Part shown: piece after piece, positions 28,501 through 43,589 of the stretch
How the letters are laid out: the number at the start of each line of letters is the position of its first letter
Position numbering within the stretch: the stretch's first letter is position 1
Assembly: GCA_051362555.1 (NCBI GenBank)
Contig: CM120642.1
Span: 32,302,001 to 32,366,000, forward strand
Direction of reading: 5' to 3'
Length of the DNA stretch: 64,000 nt
From: Lingula anatina
Lineage: Eukaryota; Animalia; Brachiopoda
The notes under the pieces: model-generated
Database searches by the model: none
The model's input: the letters and a program-made list of their open reading frames with translations, nothing else
Told to the model about the DNA's origin: nothing
Position numbers and translations under genes: made by a program

Positions 28501-31500
28501 TACTCAAACTTCAGCTTTACAAAGGTACAAGTGTACTAAATAAACTTAATAACACCTGGGGGGGCGGAGGGAGACATATCAGATTTCATATATACGCACG
28601 CCACCAGTTATTGTAGTTATAATACCTTAACCAAAAATTTGGACCAAAATGATGCCATGAGAAATGACTTTCTAATATATAGTTGATTTACCAATCTTCA
28701 AATCCATTAATTATTATAATAATTGTTGTCTACAGTTTCAAAAAGGCAGCTGCTCAGACTCATTCATTTGGCACCAACAAAGGTAATCCAACTTTTAGTA
28801 ACGTGTTAAGGATAATAGCCAGTGTTTCAATATTAAAATTACTTTTCATTCTCTCATTCATTGACAATGCTTATGCAGCTCAAACACAAAACTTTTGCAA
28901 ACTAATCACTTGTTGCTGTCAACCATTTTATCCATAGTTTTTCAAGGATTGGGACAGAATCCTGGTGCAAAAAAGTCAACAAAAACAAAATTGATTTCAT
29001 TTTCAATGCTTTTCCAAAAATGTCTGATGTATCCAAATGAGTTTTTCAGATATATGTATCACACCAATTCTAATTTCATAAGAGGCTATTTGGGTTAGGG
29101 AGGGAGGGAGGTGATTAACAACTATCTCCTAGCACTGTGGGTCTCCAAATATGACATTACATCTTGATTTTTTAAACAAATGAATATAAGTTGTTTAAAC
29201 AGACATAACTATGTTATACCTAAAAAATACCATTAATCCTAAAATCTTTCTTGATAACATTCCTTGCAAAACCTTGTAACCTGATGCTTGTTCTCCCCTC
29301 CCCCTGTTTTGTGCCAACTCTGATAACATGTGTGTTGTTGTCAACGCTGTTATAAAAAGCCTCCCGCTACAGACTTCAATTATCTCTCGTGAGATACCCT
29401 TCAGGTTATGTCCCTATTCACCCTCAGTTTTCGACCCACCATAATCCCATGCCAACTCGTTGTTCCCACTGTGCTACACCAATGAGACATAATAGACAAT
29501 GTCAGCGGGGAAACTTTTTTGTCAAAAAAACAAATCTTACATTTAAAGAGCGTTTTTTTTATGAGGGAGGAGGCTTGAATATCAAATTTCCCTTTTTTCA
29601 CAATAAAAGCTCAGTATCCTTCAAGAAGGGAGGGTTATATTCATTACAGCCTGTGAAAGTGTACTTTACTATAAAAATGTTCCTCAACAGAAACTTTGGC
29701 AACAATGACTTCCTTAAAATACACAAGTAGATAAATCTTTAGGGATTTTCGCACTGAAGTAGACATGTCATGAACACAGTGAGCTTTTAGTTATATATAC
29801 CTATTTATCCAATTATTTATTACTAAGCATCATGTGTATCCATAAAACTATTTTGGTGGAAAACATTTTTTTTTTTGCCTTGCTTTGCTTGGTGTGATTG
29901 CATGTAAAATTCCCTTTTATTTATTTATTTTTTTATGAACTGAGGAGGGGGGAAGGGTACTCGTCCCTTTTGCCCCTTAAATCCACAAATAAAAGTGGCA
30001 TTGTTGTCAGAGGAATAGACTTGGAAATTTCAATTTACTGACACAGATTTAGTTTCCTTTACTTGAATGACTTCAGTGGGATTTGTTTTAGTTTGGAACT
30101 GTTTTACTTTTGCCCAGTTTGAAGGACCTTGCCATTGATTGGCTGACATCTTCATGTTTCTGAGGCATGAAAGAACAGGAATTTTCTTGGATGTTCAGGG
30201 ATTATGAAAATGTGGAAAGATAATTTGCTTTTATAGTCTCCATCTGCCCATGCTTCTCTCTCTCTCTCTCTCTCTTTTTTTATCTCTACCTCTTCAAGCA
30301 CAAATGATATGAAAAGTTTTTGCTGGCTCCCTGTTCCCCCAAAAAGCAAAGCAAATGGATAAAAAATAATCCTGCTTCATTACCTTATAGACAGCTAGTG
30401 AATCACATTTTTCCTCAACAGAATCAGAAAACATTCCATCTTTTCTCATAGCTACCAAACAACAATTCAATCATCAAAGTGCTGTTAAAAAAAGCACCAC
30501 CCCCTGCCCAGCTCTTCCCCCTTCTGGCTCACCTGTAAGGCAGCCTGGGATTGTAACGTAGCAAGTGTGAATGCTTTGCAGATCAGATTTTGGGATTCCT
30601 GAATCCAGTTATCTGAAAAGGGATTTCTGACATTCCAGCGTGAACAAGGTAGCAGTAAGATGACACTATCTAGACCCTCTATTAGAAGACAAGAGCCTGA
30701 CTGTCTGTTCCAGCACTTAAACCAGCCAGTGTGAGGTCATGTCAGGGCACCTGTCTGCTTTCTTAGGCCTCATCGAGCACATTCAGAACATGTTGATCCG
30801 CGGACTAATAGACCCGCAGACTAAATATGGCCGATCCACTTAAAAGCCAAGCCAGTGATCTCCTGATGGTCTCCTTGCCTCCACATGCACTGTCGTGCAG
30901 GGGCCTAGCAATTAAAACTTGAAGTGAAGATTTAATCCATTTAATGGCCCATCTGGAAGCAGGGTGACCATTAGGGGATTAGGGTGGCTTGCTTTTAAGT
31001 GTGGTTGGCCATATTTAGTTGGCGGATCAGTTAGTCTAGCTGCAAATCATCTTTTCTGAATGCACTCATTCACAGTAAGGCTGCAACACAACCAAAGTTG
31101 ATCCACAGACCAATAGATCCTTAGATCAAATATGGCCGACCCACTTGAAAGCTTGTTGCATAATCCCTTTATATACTCTGGATAGATTCCTCAGGGGATC
31201 ACATCGCAAGCTTTCAAGTGGGTTGGCCATATTTGATATGTGGATCTGTTAGTTTACGGGTCAACTGTAGTTGTGAATGCAGCCTTATTTTTTTCAACTA
31301 CCTGCTGATGATCAGTCGAGCTGACAAATACAGCTTTATAATGATACCAAGGTACAACCATCATTGTGAATATCCAAGGCCCATTTTTATGACTTGTAGG
31401 TTCTTTAGAACATGCAAGATATCTATTTCGAACATTGCCCTTTTTACAAACATTAAAATAAAATCCCTACAGTTTGATCGCTTCAGAAAAAAATATTTAT

Positions 31501-34500
31501 CTAATGAGCTTTTATTTAAACTTGGTGAACAACAATCCAGGTTGGGGTTTTCAGACTAGTTGGGCACAAAATACCATGTGGATTTTTTCATCTCACTAGG
31601 TACCTTTAAATAATGGAGCCCTGTGACTTTTGGCCAAGGTAATCAGCTTTAAGATTTTGCATGTTATTATAAACTGAAAAATCTTAAGGTGACAAGATAT
31701 TTAATTTTCAAAACTTTTGCATCTTTTTTTTTTTTCTTTTTGCAACCTAAGGGACAACTTGCTGCTGTGAGATGGATGCACACTCTTCATGTTTTCTTCA
31801 CATACGGTGCAAACTTACAGCATTTATAAAGGATAAATGCAATTTAAAAATCATCTCATTTGTACAAAGGCATAGGAGGCAGTCAATAAAAAAACTATAA
31901 ATAATATCTGATTCTCTTTTAATTAGGAAAACTCTGCTGAACTGCCTCTTGCAACTTGAACCAAGGAAAGGTTACAGTAAAAGTGTTCTCTATAAGCCAG
32001 ACGTATTTTAAATCAAACTATTTGCCTCAGTTCACCTCAATCACACTTAAGTAAATGCCATAATATAAGAACGAGCACATCATCAGATGTTTACATGCTT
32101 ACTTCAGAATCTTTGCAAACTTGTTTGCTTTTCTAAAAGTCAATACCGCATGCAACTGATGGTTTTTTGCACTTAAATCAAGTCTCATTTACCTTCATCT
32201 GGCCTCACCTTGTGGAAACACCTTTTTCAGTTCATGTAATCATTCTGTCTGTGTTTAATCAAGTTGAATGTCAATGAGCTCAAAGAGGCAGGAGATATAC
32301 GGACACCAGACTTGGAACTGATGGTGATGCCATTATCAACCTCATCCCCTTCCAAGGTATAGATGATGAGATATCAAAGATGAAAAGGAAGACTGATGGA
32401 CGCCTTTTAATTTTTTTTCTATTCTGCCCAACTATCTGCAGGCCGTCTCGTTCACCACAGGCAGTAAGTGAAATCTTCGTTTTTTGTTTTTTTTTTCAGC
32501 CCACTGCCATCCTCCCCCCCCCTCCCCCACAACATGTGACTAAGGGACCATTCCTAGACCCTATCGTATTTACTGTGGATCAATCTATCCCCAAGGGGGT
32601 TCTTGCTAAATTGCAATCAACATAAACAGTTCAGATATCTGTCACGCCTACTAGAGCTGCTAGGTGGTAATTAATTATCGTTTAGCAGCTTCAATAGTTG
32701 TGCCAGACATCTAAGCCACTTAAGCTGAAAGCAATTTAGTGAGAAACCCCTTGGAGATGGATCGATCCTGTTAGATCAATCTAGGTATGGGAACCCAGTC
32801 TAACTTTGAATCTTTTCAGGCACCTGCATACTGGAAGTTCAGATGTGCATGTTTGTCTTTTAATCACTTTTTGCTTGTTTTTCACTCATTTTAACAAATT
32901 TCATCCTAGTTTTTTACAACAGTTTTTCTTAGCAGACATGCTCTCAGTGGCTTTCTAGTTCATCGTTTTGTTTACTTACCACAGAAACAAGTGAAACAAG
33001 AAAAAAAGATAATGAAAAATGCATAGACTTTGTACGAATCTCTGGGACTGGCATCTTTGATAAAGGTAGATATAAAAATTAAAGAGGAACACAAACAACT
33101 TGGAGCTCAAGGTTAACCCTGATGTAATCACTGATGCTAAATGTTCATCTACAGTACATTCAACTGCAATTCAATTCAGCTTTCAATTCTTTTCCACACA
33201 CAAAATACAATCATCCAAAGACGGCAACCAGAACCCGAACCAGTTTTCTGTCACCGTCAACTTTATTTTCACACTGGTACTCCATTTCACTGATTCTGCA
33301 GCATTATGCAGAGTGACTTTATCCATCCAATCTCTGCAGCCAACTCCCCTGATGTGTCCTTACTTATCAAACAGTACACTAACAGTGGCTAGGAAACTCA
33401 AATTACTACACATCTAACTGCACGTGTCTCCTTCCCTCCCAAATTTCACTTCACTTTTACTCATCTTTTTAACAACAGTGGCAGCAAGATTCAAAGTTAG
33501 ACTGGGTTCCCGTATATAGCTCGATTAATTAAAACACTATAACAGGAGCATGAACCACACATAACATAAAAGCAGTATATTTTACAGATGTCCCCATGTA
33601 TACTAATACTACTACTATTGACCTTCATGTAATGCTCTTGGGGGGGGGGGGGGGAAGGGGGGATGCAGAAGAGGTACATTAATTAGGAACATGAAATTAA
33701 AAATGCAGTATATTTTTCAATGTCCTCATTCATACTGCTACTGGTGACCTTCATCTAATTGATGATTGTGAAGGAAGGGGCGCTGGGGAAGGGGGGGGCA
33801 TGGGGGAGCTTATTTGACATGTGCATTCAAATCTGTCAGTGTTAGAGAGACTGGAAGCCACACAGCAAGTTTTTTTTTTTCAATTTGTCACAAGTTTTGT
33901 CACTTTAGATATTAAGGAAGATTAAATCTATTAATTCTAGCTGTATAGGAACTAAAACTTATTTTAAAAGTGCAATGGGAATTCCTAAGAAGCTCCCTTT
34001 GGAAATGGGTCCCTTGGTGACATTAGGCTATTTCAGCTCTAGGTAAGAATACATAGTTCAAACCATGCCTGAATATCAGTCTCTTCATGCATAATGTTAA
34101 CAGGACCTTGTTCAAGCTCAACATGATTTCTGTCTTCATTGAGCAAAAAAATTGCAACTTCGCCAGCAAGAGACTGATAATGAGGCACAGAACAGACAGA
34201 ACTATTTTCAACCAACCACCAACAAATAAGGCGTTGACCACGCCACGTCAAATTTTGAGCAAAGAATCCTAAAAATCCATTATTTCTAATGCAGCAAGCT
34301 GCTTATTTGATAAGGCAAAGCTTCATTCATCCAATCATAACATAACTGTGGCTACAAATGCCATTTGACTACGTTCTAACAAAATATTTAACATCCAGCT
34401 TCCAGTTTACTCTCCAAACACATTAGGATACTGCAAAAATTTACACTCCTTGCACAATAGTGGTCAGTCAATATGTAACTGAATAATGGCATCTTGACTC

Positions 34501-37500
34501 TTTTACACATTTTACCTCCACAGGATTAATTAAATTAAAGAATGGTCATTCTTAATAGGTGTATAAATTAGTTTATTTCCTTTGGTGGTTTGGATAAGCA
34601 AGTGATTCAGCATTTTTAAGATTTTACCTGCCTGGAGGAAGGGAGGGGGGGGGTGATTTGGGGGGGGGGGGGGAGGGGAGGTCGAAAATGGAAATAGCTC
34701 TGTTGAAGTTTAGGAAGGCTAGCTATTACCCAGACTGGTAATAACATCCCAAACTCTCCAACCTGTCAAAAACTTTTAGTCAGGAGTCCTCAGGAGTTCA
34801 TAAGGTCTTCCTCCAACTTACACTTATATTACCTTAGGACAACAAACACCACAACAACCAAAAAAAAAAAAAATCAGGTGGCCCTGTGTATTTTCCATTA
34901 AATTTCACAAAAGTATCAGTGCATTGAGATGTATAGTATGTTGGTTAGTATGCAGAACTCAACTTTACCTACACCTGCGATGTTGATTTTGTTACAGAAC
35001 CACAATAATTTAGCTCTCTCCACATATTGTGCTGCTTGGTAGGATGAATCATACTATACCCTGGGTTCAACAAAAAAAGGTTTCTTTGATGTGCTCATCA
35101 AAATACACGCACAACAGTTTCTCATGCGATCCACTGCATGGTGTTATATTATTATGTGTAGCCTAAACATTTTTGTCAACTTACAAAGACTGATATATAA
35201 TACAAAGTCTTTTTATGCTGAAGATTTTTTTTTATTTTCATATGATTTTCATTAGTAAAAATTATTTGCAACAAGTGTTGTGAACTTTTTTTTCGCTCTC
35301 TCTGCACCATTTGCGCCATTCTCGAGTGCGAGCACCTACAGCACTCGAGGTCTCACCACAGCCGATGGTATAATTGGGGATTAAAAACAAGTGACCTGTC
35401 TGACATTTCACTTTTACTTTGGCTACCATGAATGTGAACATCTTTACAAGTATGCCCCAGCCTCTGGTAACCTTTGTGCTACAAGAACTAGATACAAGTA
35501 GAAATTGATAATGGGATAGGTAAGAAAACCTTCAGTTCCAAAGAAACAGCAAGAGAATTTCTGTTATAACTCATCTTTTTCATATTTTTTCTTATAATTC
35601 AAAGCCACCTTACACCTTTTTATGTAATGGTATTTTTGTCCATATGAAATATATATCTTTACATTTGCTCAAAGGGAAAATTCAAGGAATTCACTTCACT
35701 TTAGCAAAGACCCAGTCAGCATGGCGGGGGAGGGGGGCAGGGGTAAGGGGGAGAGAGAGGGACAATAAGGACTCCTTGGTCTACTCACAAATGAACAGAA
35801 GTATCTAGAAATAAAAACTGTACTCCTCGAAAATTGCAGATGATCAGGCAGTTATCGATGAAAGTATGGACAAAAAAAAAAAATGGTTCCAAACAATCTT
35901 AAAAAAAAGAAAAAGAGTAGCATGAAGTTAATTAATGCAGCTTTCTGTTATTTTCTATTTAACCATCAAGCCTCAAGAGATGTCTGTAATCTTGGTTCTT
36001 GTTTTTTTCTTCTTTTTTTTCTTGCCTCTTAAAGTCTGTTCTTTGAATATCATATTCCTGTTTCCTTTGATCAATGTTTGCAGTCTAACACTTAAATTCA
36101 AAGAAAAAACTTCAAATGAAAAAAAAAACAACTTAAAGTTTGTACAGACTTGAACAAAAAATTATATAAAGAATGAATGGAAAGACTGACATCCTGATAA
36201 TATTGGACTACATTACCCACGCTTATATTCAAGTATAAGACTGGGTTTCCATACCTAGATCGATCTAACAGGATCAATCCATCTTCAAGGGCTTTTTCGC
36301 TAAATTGCTTTTAGCTCAAGCAGCTTAGATGTCTGGCACGCCTACTGAAACTGCTAAATGATAATTAATTACCTCCTAGCAGCTTTAGTAGGCGTGACAG
36401 ACATTTAAGTTGATTGCCTTGGAGATAGATCGATCCACAGTTAGTACGACAGGGTCTGGGAATGGTCCCTAATGATGGTGCCTTCTTCACTGCTTACAGG
36501 AACATTATCAGATGACATAGCACACTTAACTGGTCTTTAACCAGTCATAATGGTGCAAAAACTTTCTCATTAAATGCACGCCTGAGGAAACTTTTTGTAC
36601 TTGTTTACAACTTACAGACTGACCATTGCTAACAATCATAGAAAACACTGCTCCAGGGTATCGTCATTCAATAAATAATCCAGTTCCCACAGCTTAATAG
36701 GGACCCAAATGCCAGGGTTTTATAGTGGTTGATACTTCCTCCTGGCCCCTGGGGTCAACATTAATCAATTAATATCAATCTAATGGGGACAAAGCCTGAT
36801 ATGTATACTGGCCAAATGTGGTCTTTGGATCAACAATGAAAAGTAACCTGCTTTTGATGAAAATAACTATTGGTTGTCTGAGGCCCCATTCAGAATAGGG
36901 GACTAACTAGTTTGAGGGTCAAATCTGGCCGACCCACTTGACTTCCCCACCAGATATCTATTCAGTGTCTATTAGCTAATTAGGCAGCAAGCTTTGTAGT
37001 GGGTCGCCATATTTGACCCTCAGACTAGTAAGTCCCCTATTCTGAATGGGGCCTGAGAGGCAGAGCCTCATTGCTGTATCAATGCCCACACAATCCTTTC
37101 AGTTCATGGGTAAAGCTGGCTGAAAAAGGCACAATGTGGTGAAATAATTAACATTCTGTTTCCAAATGATCCAATAACAGGAACTGTATGGATAAACTGA
37201 CATCACTCTCTCTACGCAGCTGTAAAAGGAAGGAAAGTTTAATTATTTTTTCTTTTTATAAATGATTCACTGAAGGAAAGGATGTGTGTGTGCGTGTGGG
37301 CACGTGCACATTTTAATGTCTATTTCAAATAAATGTTAAGTTGCACTTTGGTCACCAACGAGTATTTTATGCCCTGTATGCACTCCATATACACCAAACA
37401 GTGAAATTTCCCTAGGTCATATCTTAACCAGTCAATTTTTGAGGACAATAAAGTCTAAATGGAATGGACAGCATGACTGGACAGCCCTGCTCAGACAACT

Positions 37501-40500
37501 TACTTATACAATTTTCTACGCAGCTACTGTTTTGCAAGTTATTGAATCATACCACCAATTCAAACATCTAGCACAGGCTAAGTTCATTTTCCTGTGTAAA
37601 GAATTCTTACAATCAAAATCAGATTACTTATTTTAAAATTTTTAATATTTATCCTGTATTTATTTCACAAACTCAAATGTAACTTAATAAACAGACAGCA
37701 CATTCAACTTGCTACCTGTTTTATTAATATTTTCTTTTTCTCCTTTTTGTCTAAACCACCCACATAGAGTGCCCAATGTGCTCATCCACACCTATAACAG
37801 TATCATCTTCAGATACACATCGCTTTGAAGTCATCAAAATGTATCTATTTGACATTAAAACAACAATCTGGAGAGAAACCTGAGCAGAAGGAATGAAGTG
37901 AGCTGTTTGGCTTGTAAAGTGTACTGACCATGTGCTTAACCAGACAGACACAACCACTCTGCCTTATCGCACCATCTAATTACTCCGGGTGTGAAGTTTA
38001 TTAAACTCAGCCAGACCAAATTAAGTCCATACGCCAGTAGAAAGGACCCACTTGTCCTATCTTGTCTACAATTTCTAGTCTGCGGATTGTATGCCCTCTT
38101 AACTATTGTCACTTACTTCAACAGGAAGGGGGAGATGTATGTAAACAAATGAAGACCTGGTATTGAAAATTGATAAGGGAAATCTTTCTGACTGCACAGT
38201 AGTATCTGTACAATTTTTATCCGTGACATTATACTTTTCTCTACCAGCAGGTGCTTGAATGACTACATAACCCTTCTGAAATCCCTACACCACTTATTGT
38301 ACTGGTCAGTAAAGCATGAAACTGGGCTATTGACATCCCGTGTCTGACAACCTCTCTCACCTTGATTTGAGAAAAAACCAGAGACAGAAATATGGTGGAT
38401 CAAATACCCAATTACTTTCCATTTGATGTAAGGGGGAGAGGTGGCTATTTTATATTTATGCACTCTCATTAAACCAAAAACAGAAAGGAGCAGTATGGGT
38501 CCTACATGAGTATAATTTTCTTTGTGCTATCACAACCAGGACTGATATCAAGGTCGAAAAAAAAAAATTTAAAAACTGCACACACTACATGTGCCAATGG
38601 ATACTGATAAAAAAGAAGACGGCTTGATTGCACTCTACTGCTATGCAATCCTTGTGTTAACTAATCGCCACAATGAGTGGGCGGGCTAATTGAGGGATTA
38701 GACTGGTCTCCCAGCTTGTCCCAGACATTTATTTACAATCAAACTGTCTGCTTCCAAAAACTGGTCTGAAAACAGATTCAGTTAAACTGTGCTGGAGGTG
38801 GCATCAAATTGTATGTTATAACATGGATGATGATATATGATGATATATCCGATGATTTTATAAAACATAAGAAATAAGAAAGATTTATATCATGCCCCCT
38901 TCCATTCACTCATTCACCCATATTGCACCTGCTGTGTACCTGATGACCCTATAAAATATAAGTCATTGATTACAGTACTGCCTTAAAAATATGGTGGTCA
39001 TAAATTGCTGCTGCCCCCCCTCCCCCCCAAAAAAAATGTAATAATAATTGGGGAGATGCAGGTCTAAAGAGTGCAGTGAATTATCTCATATTAAAAATAA
39101 CAAATGGCCATCTCATTGAAAATAATGATAATTATCAAATCATGTATATGTCAATACACATTTACAGCTCAGTATAAATTCTATTGCAAATGGATATTTT
39201 TACATGAAGTTATATTTTCCATTGTGCATGATCAGAGGGGTTTGTTTACACTGGGTAAATCATTACCAGAGAACATTAATTACAACATGCATCAGCTGAC
39301 AACAAGCTGAAATGTTGGTTTCAGCTGTGCTCAACACTAACGGTTAATTGCCTTCTTACATTATATTTTTCTCTTACAAGGAATCACACTTGGTTTCACA
39401 CATATCTTATAAATAATTAAATACATAATCGTGACATATTTCCATTATCATATATTTTGTTCAAAAGTTGTTACACCCAGTTGGCAATGAAGAATTTTTA
39501 TTTCACGTTTCTTCAGATAAGATCTGGAAAACATGCCATATTGTAGTACTTTACCACAGTTTGCCTTCAGATTTGTGCTGATAGCATGTCTAGTGACTGA
39601 GCAAACCTAGCCGCTAATTTTGACATTTCTACCATAAAAATGCAGCTATTATGCCATCTAGGAGATCACGGACAGACGTTTTAGATAAAATGGAATTATA
39701 TTTCTACAGGTCATTTGTACTTGGCAAAAATGGTTATATGTTACTTTTCAAGGTGTAGTACCCGCTTTCCCCAAACAAGATATTGTAAACGCAAATGGAT
39801 GGTTTCCCATACCTAAGACAGTTGAGACTTTTTCATGCTGTTTTCAGGTGTTGTTCTCATGTTAATAACACAATAAGCACTATATCTGAGGCGCTCTGCA
39901 GTACCCCCACCCCAACCCCAACCCCCAGCTGAACAGCATTTCTTCTGAAATTTTTGTCCACTTCTGTTCCCATCCACCCTCTCTCCATCGTGTCTCCACC
40001 TCTCTGCCTGCCAGCTCAATATTTCATCACGTTGTTCAGCATGTTATCTATTTGGGGGGACACAATCCAAATAAAACCCAATGCAAGTGTAACTAAATCA
40101 CCAGATTCTCCAAGTAGCTGGCAATCACTTGCCCTTGTAGTATGCATTCTATACTAAAATACCTCCATCATTATAAAATAATCACCTCTGGAGTACGGCT
40201 TGTTGATCAAATAGAAAATATATCTTTGTTTGCACATGCCTGTCTTCTGCTGAATGAGCACTACAAAAGAATGTTTCTGGTATGCACATGGATTACTACA
40301 CGGGGCACCTGCAAAAATATACAGGCTGAATGATCTCCCTCAATATAGCAGCCATTGGGAAATGTAGTGATGCTCTTACATCACCTAAATGTGGCAAGAT
40401 TTGCGTGGGTACATCCAAGCACCTGTGTTTACCACATTCAGTTTATCTTCTAGGTAACATACATGTATAACATGTAGATATGTTTTGGTTCTAACTCCTT

Positions 40501-43500
40501 GAAACAAGACACAATATGTCAAATTTGTCTTTTCACTGCGAGCTAAAAATCTGAAAATGATCACATACTGACTGGCCCTTATAGAAGGTGACTGGTGATT
40601 TTAATCTGCGTCATGTAAACAATCAGATAACTAATAAGAAGAAGTTAACAAATAATTCACATATAAGATTTCATGTACCACGGTGTCTGCAAACAAGGGT
40701 GTGCACTATACCAGTAATCTAAAAACGCACAAAATGTTTTCAATGGATCTTATTGGCCTTACAACAGATAGATCTGACTTGCAAGAAAGCAGAACACTTG
40801 TCTTCCCACTTGCTTTACACATTAGCTATCTAAGGACAAGATGCCAAACTGTCATTACATGATTTCTGCAAATCCTCAACCTTTGCACCAGAAAGGAAGC
40901 AAGGAAAAACTGAAAAGTACATAAAGAACCAAGTTGCCCCTCTTTATCTCAGCTGAAAAAATAAAGGATATGAACTTCCTCCTTCAAGTGTTATCAATAT
41001 TGTTGCATTACTGTTACAATTACCACCCTAGCTAAGAAGTGAACATAATTCAAACAGTTCAGGTACACAGTTATTACAATCTACAAACAACATTCCCTCT
41101 CCGAGTAACACCCTTGTTCCTTGCAGAATTTAACAATGAACCTTTAAAAAAACAGTATTTCTGTTCATGTTATGTGAGTTTCACACAGAAGGTAATGACC
41201 AAAGTCACAGTTACATGCATGTACTTTTTTTTCTTCCAGACACATTACATCAAGGAGAGCATTCACAACAAAGCTGATACGCGAACTAAGTATTCTGCAA
41301 ATCAAATATGGCGTGCAAAAGACAATGCATTCCCGCCTCCCACATGCACCGTCCTAGAGCAATTAAATCTCAGCAAGGGTTCAAGTGGGTTGCGCCATAT
41401 TTGATCCGCGGATCTATTAGTCCGTGGATCAAATCGTTCTGAATGCGCCCCAAGGAGTAAAGCCAATAACCCTGAGCCAGACACGCTGAAGATTGTTACA
41501 ACATGTTATTGCAGCACATTAAATCAATATACCCCAGTCAGGAAACATAAAGATGGAAGAAGGGTAACACTTCTGACACAGACTGCAGCAAAATAACAAA
41601 CACACCCTGTAAACCCCCAATCAATCAACATGCACTGGACAGGTAACAAAAAATGAACTGTTTCTGTTAAAACGAACTGAGCAGAAATACTTTTTTCCAG
41701 GGGCGAAGAGGGTAGCATATCTTAGTCTATGAACTGGTAAACTGGTTGCTTCCAACAGGTATTTCTTATCTGAAATGTAACCTATAAATAACAGAGACAA
41801 TCAATTGTGACACTGACAGTAATAAAACTGCATCTTCAATAAATACAATTCTTTAATCCTCTGTGAGGCAATGATCTGAGAAGAAAATTGTACATTTTCA
41901 AATACAAGCAGATTATTTTTCACCAAATATAACATCAGTTTTCTGCATAACTTCAGTCTAACCTATGTAGCAAATACGCCATGATAGGGCCTTGCATTCA
42001 CCCTTCAGGCCTCAGTCAAATCTGTCTTTACAGAAGACTCCAGCCCAGGCATCATCTTGGAAAACCTCTTAAAGCACTATTTTTAACCAGAACTGTCTCT
42101 CACCCAAAGAGTTCAGAATTGAGGTGGAGTGAAATGATCTGCATCAAATGTTATGTGATGATCAGCAAGAAATGTTTAGGTAAAGGTTAAATACATGAAT
42201 TATTGTCAGGCAGTCTGCCACTAAAAATAATTTAAATGCATTTTCAATATTTTCTTTATAAGATTTTCGTTCCATTTTAACTATTTTTTCATTTGTCAAT
42301 AGACTGACTTTATGAACAAACGCCTTCTCTTTAATTATTTTTTTGCCATTTATTTTCATAAACCGATACAGTTTTAAACTCTGTGTGTGTGTGTGTGTGT
42401 GTGTGTTTGTGCGTGCATGTGTGTATGCACATTTTAACCCATGTAAAATTTGCAATTATGATGTCATAAGCAGGCTGACATTGTTGACCTAGGATAGAGA
42501 TACAAGAAATATCAGGTGGTAATTCAACTTCTGTAGGTACATCTATTCAAACCCCCCAGATTATGTCCATATATAGCACAGCAGATATAATATTTGTATA
42601 AGGTATGATAACAATATAATACTATGTTAATTCGATCATGTTAATGTTGAATTGAGCCGAAATATGAGTCTGTTTACATTTTTAAGCATGTAGGTGTGAA
42701 AAGTCTGGAGGCCATGTATTGCCTAGGTTGTAGGTGCCTAATTCCTGATGAATTCCCCCAAAGCATATTTTTTTCATAAATGATAGCTAGTAGTTTATGA
42801 AACTTAACTGCTGATGTTTGAAAAAAAAGAACATGGATAACCTTTTAACTTAAGATCAACCATCCTCTTGGCTGATCTAACAGCATTGCTGATACACATC
42901 CAAAGGACTTAATTGCCAGGTTGGTAATATGGTAATTGCCGTCTTGAGGTAAGGATTCAATTATTATGTCATTAGTTCTGGGGCAAATTGGAGATAATTA
43001 ATCATCAATCAAGGTAAGAAATCAAGACTGGCCAAATTAACAGACAGTCATAATTTACAGATTTACCTTCGAAACATGGACATGATGTCTAACACAGCCA
43101 AACACCCCATACAGATAACTGTATATTAACTACTGCCCTGTACTGAACAATTCAAGAGTTTAAGGAAGATAAACTGCTTACTTACAAAGCTGTCAAGTTA
43201 TATCTGTAATAGCATCACTTAAAGGCTATATGTAAGCAAATCAAGTGTTACAGTCCCACAGTTGACTTGTCGTTTTCTAGCCATTTTGGCTTTAGATATA
43301 TTCCCTTACTTTGATTTAACCATCAAAAGAATCCATAAATCTTCTCTGCTTTTTGTCCAGACATAATACAGAATACATCAAACTTTTTTCCAAAATATAA
43401 GTGCTTTTTAATACCACTTTGAATTCAGAACTGAAACACAAAAATGCACAAACACAAAAACACACATGATACTCGTTTGCTGTAACACTCTTTTTTCATT

Positions 43501-43558
43501 TTGTGTCATGTCCAAGAAGTAAAAATAGCACTTTTCTCTGAGTATTTTGATTTCGCAC

Positions 43559-43589
<31 letters not shown>

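Noticed and set aside
33640-34682. G-rich runs with G-quadruplex potential (also 18855-18890, 35725-35760, 58134-58155)
   Set aside because: Poly-G/C tracts are scattered throughout the window, often as MITE remnants; nothing specifically indicates function.
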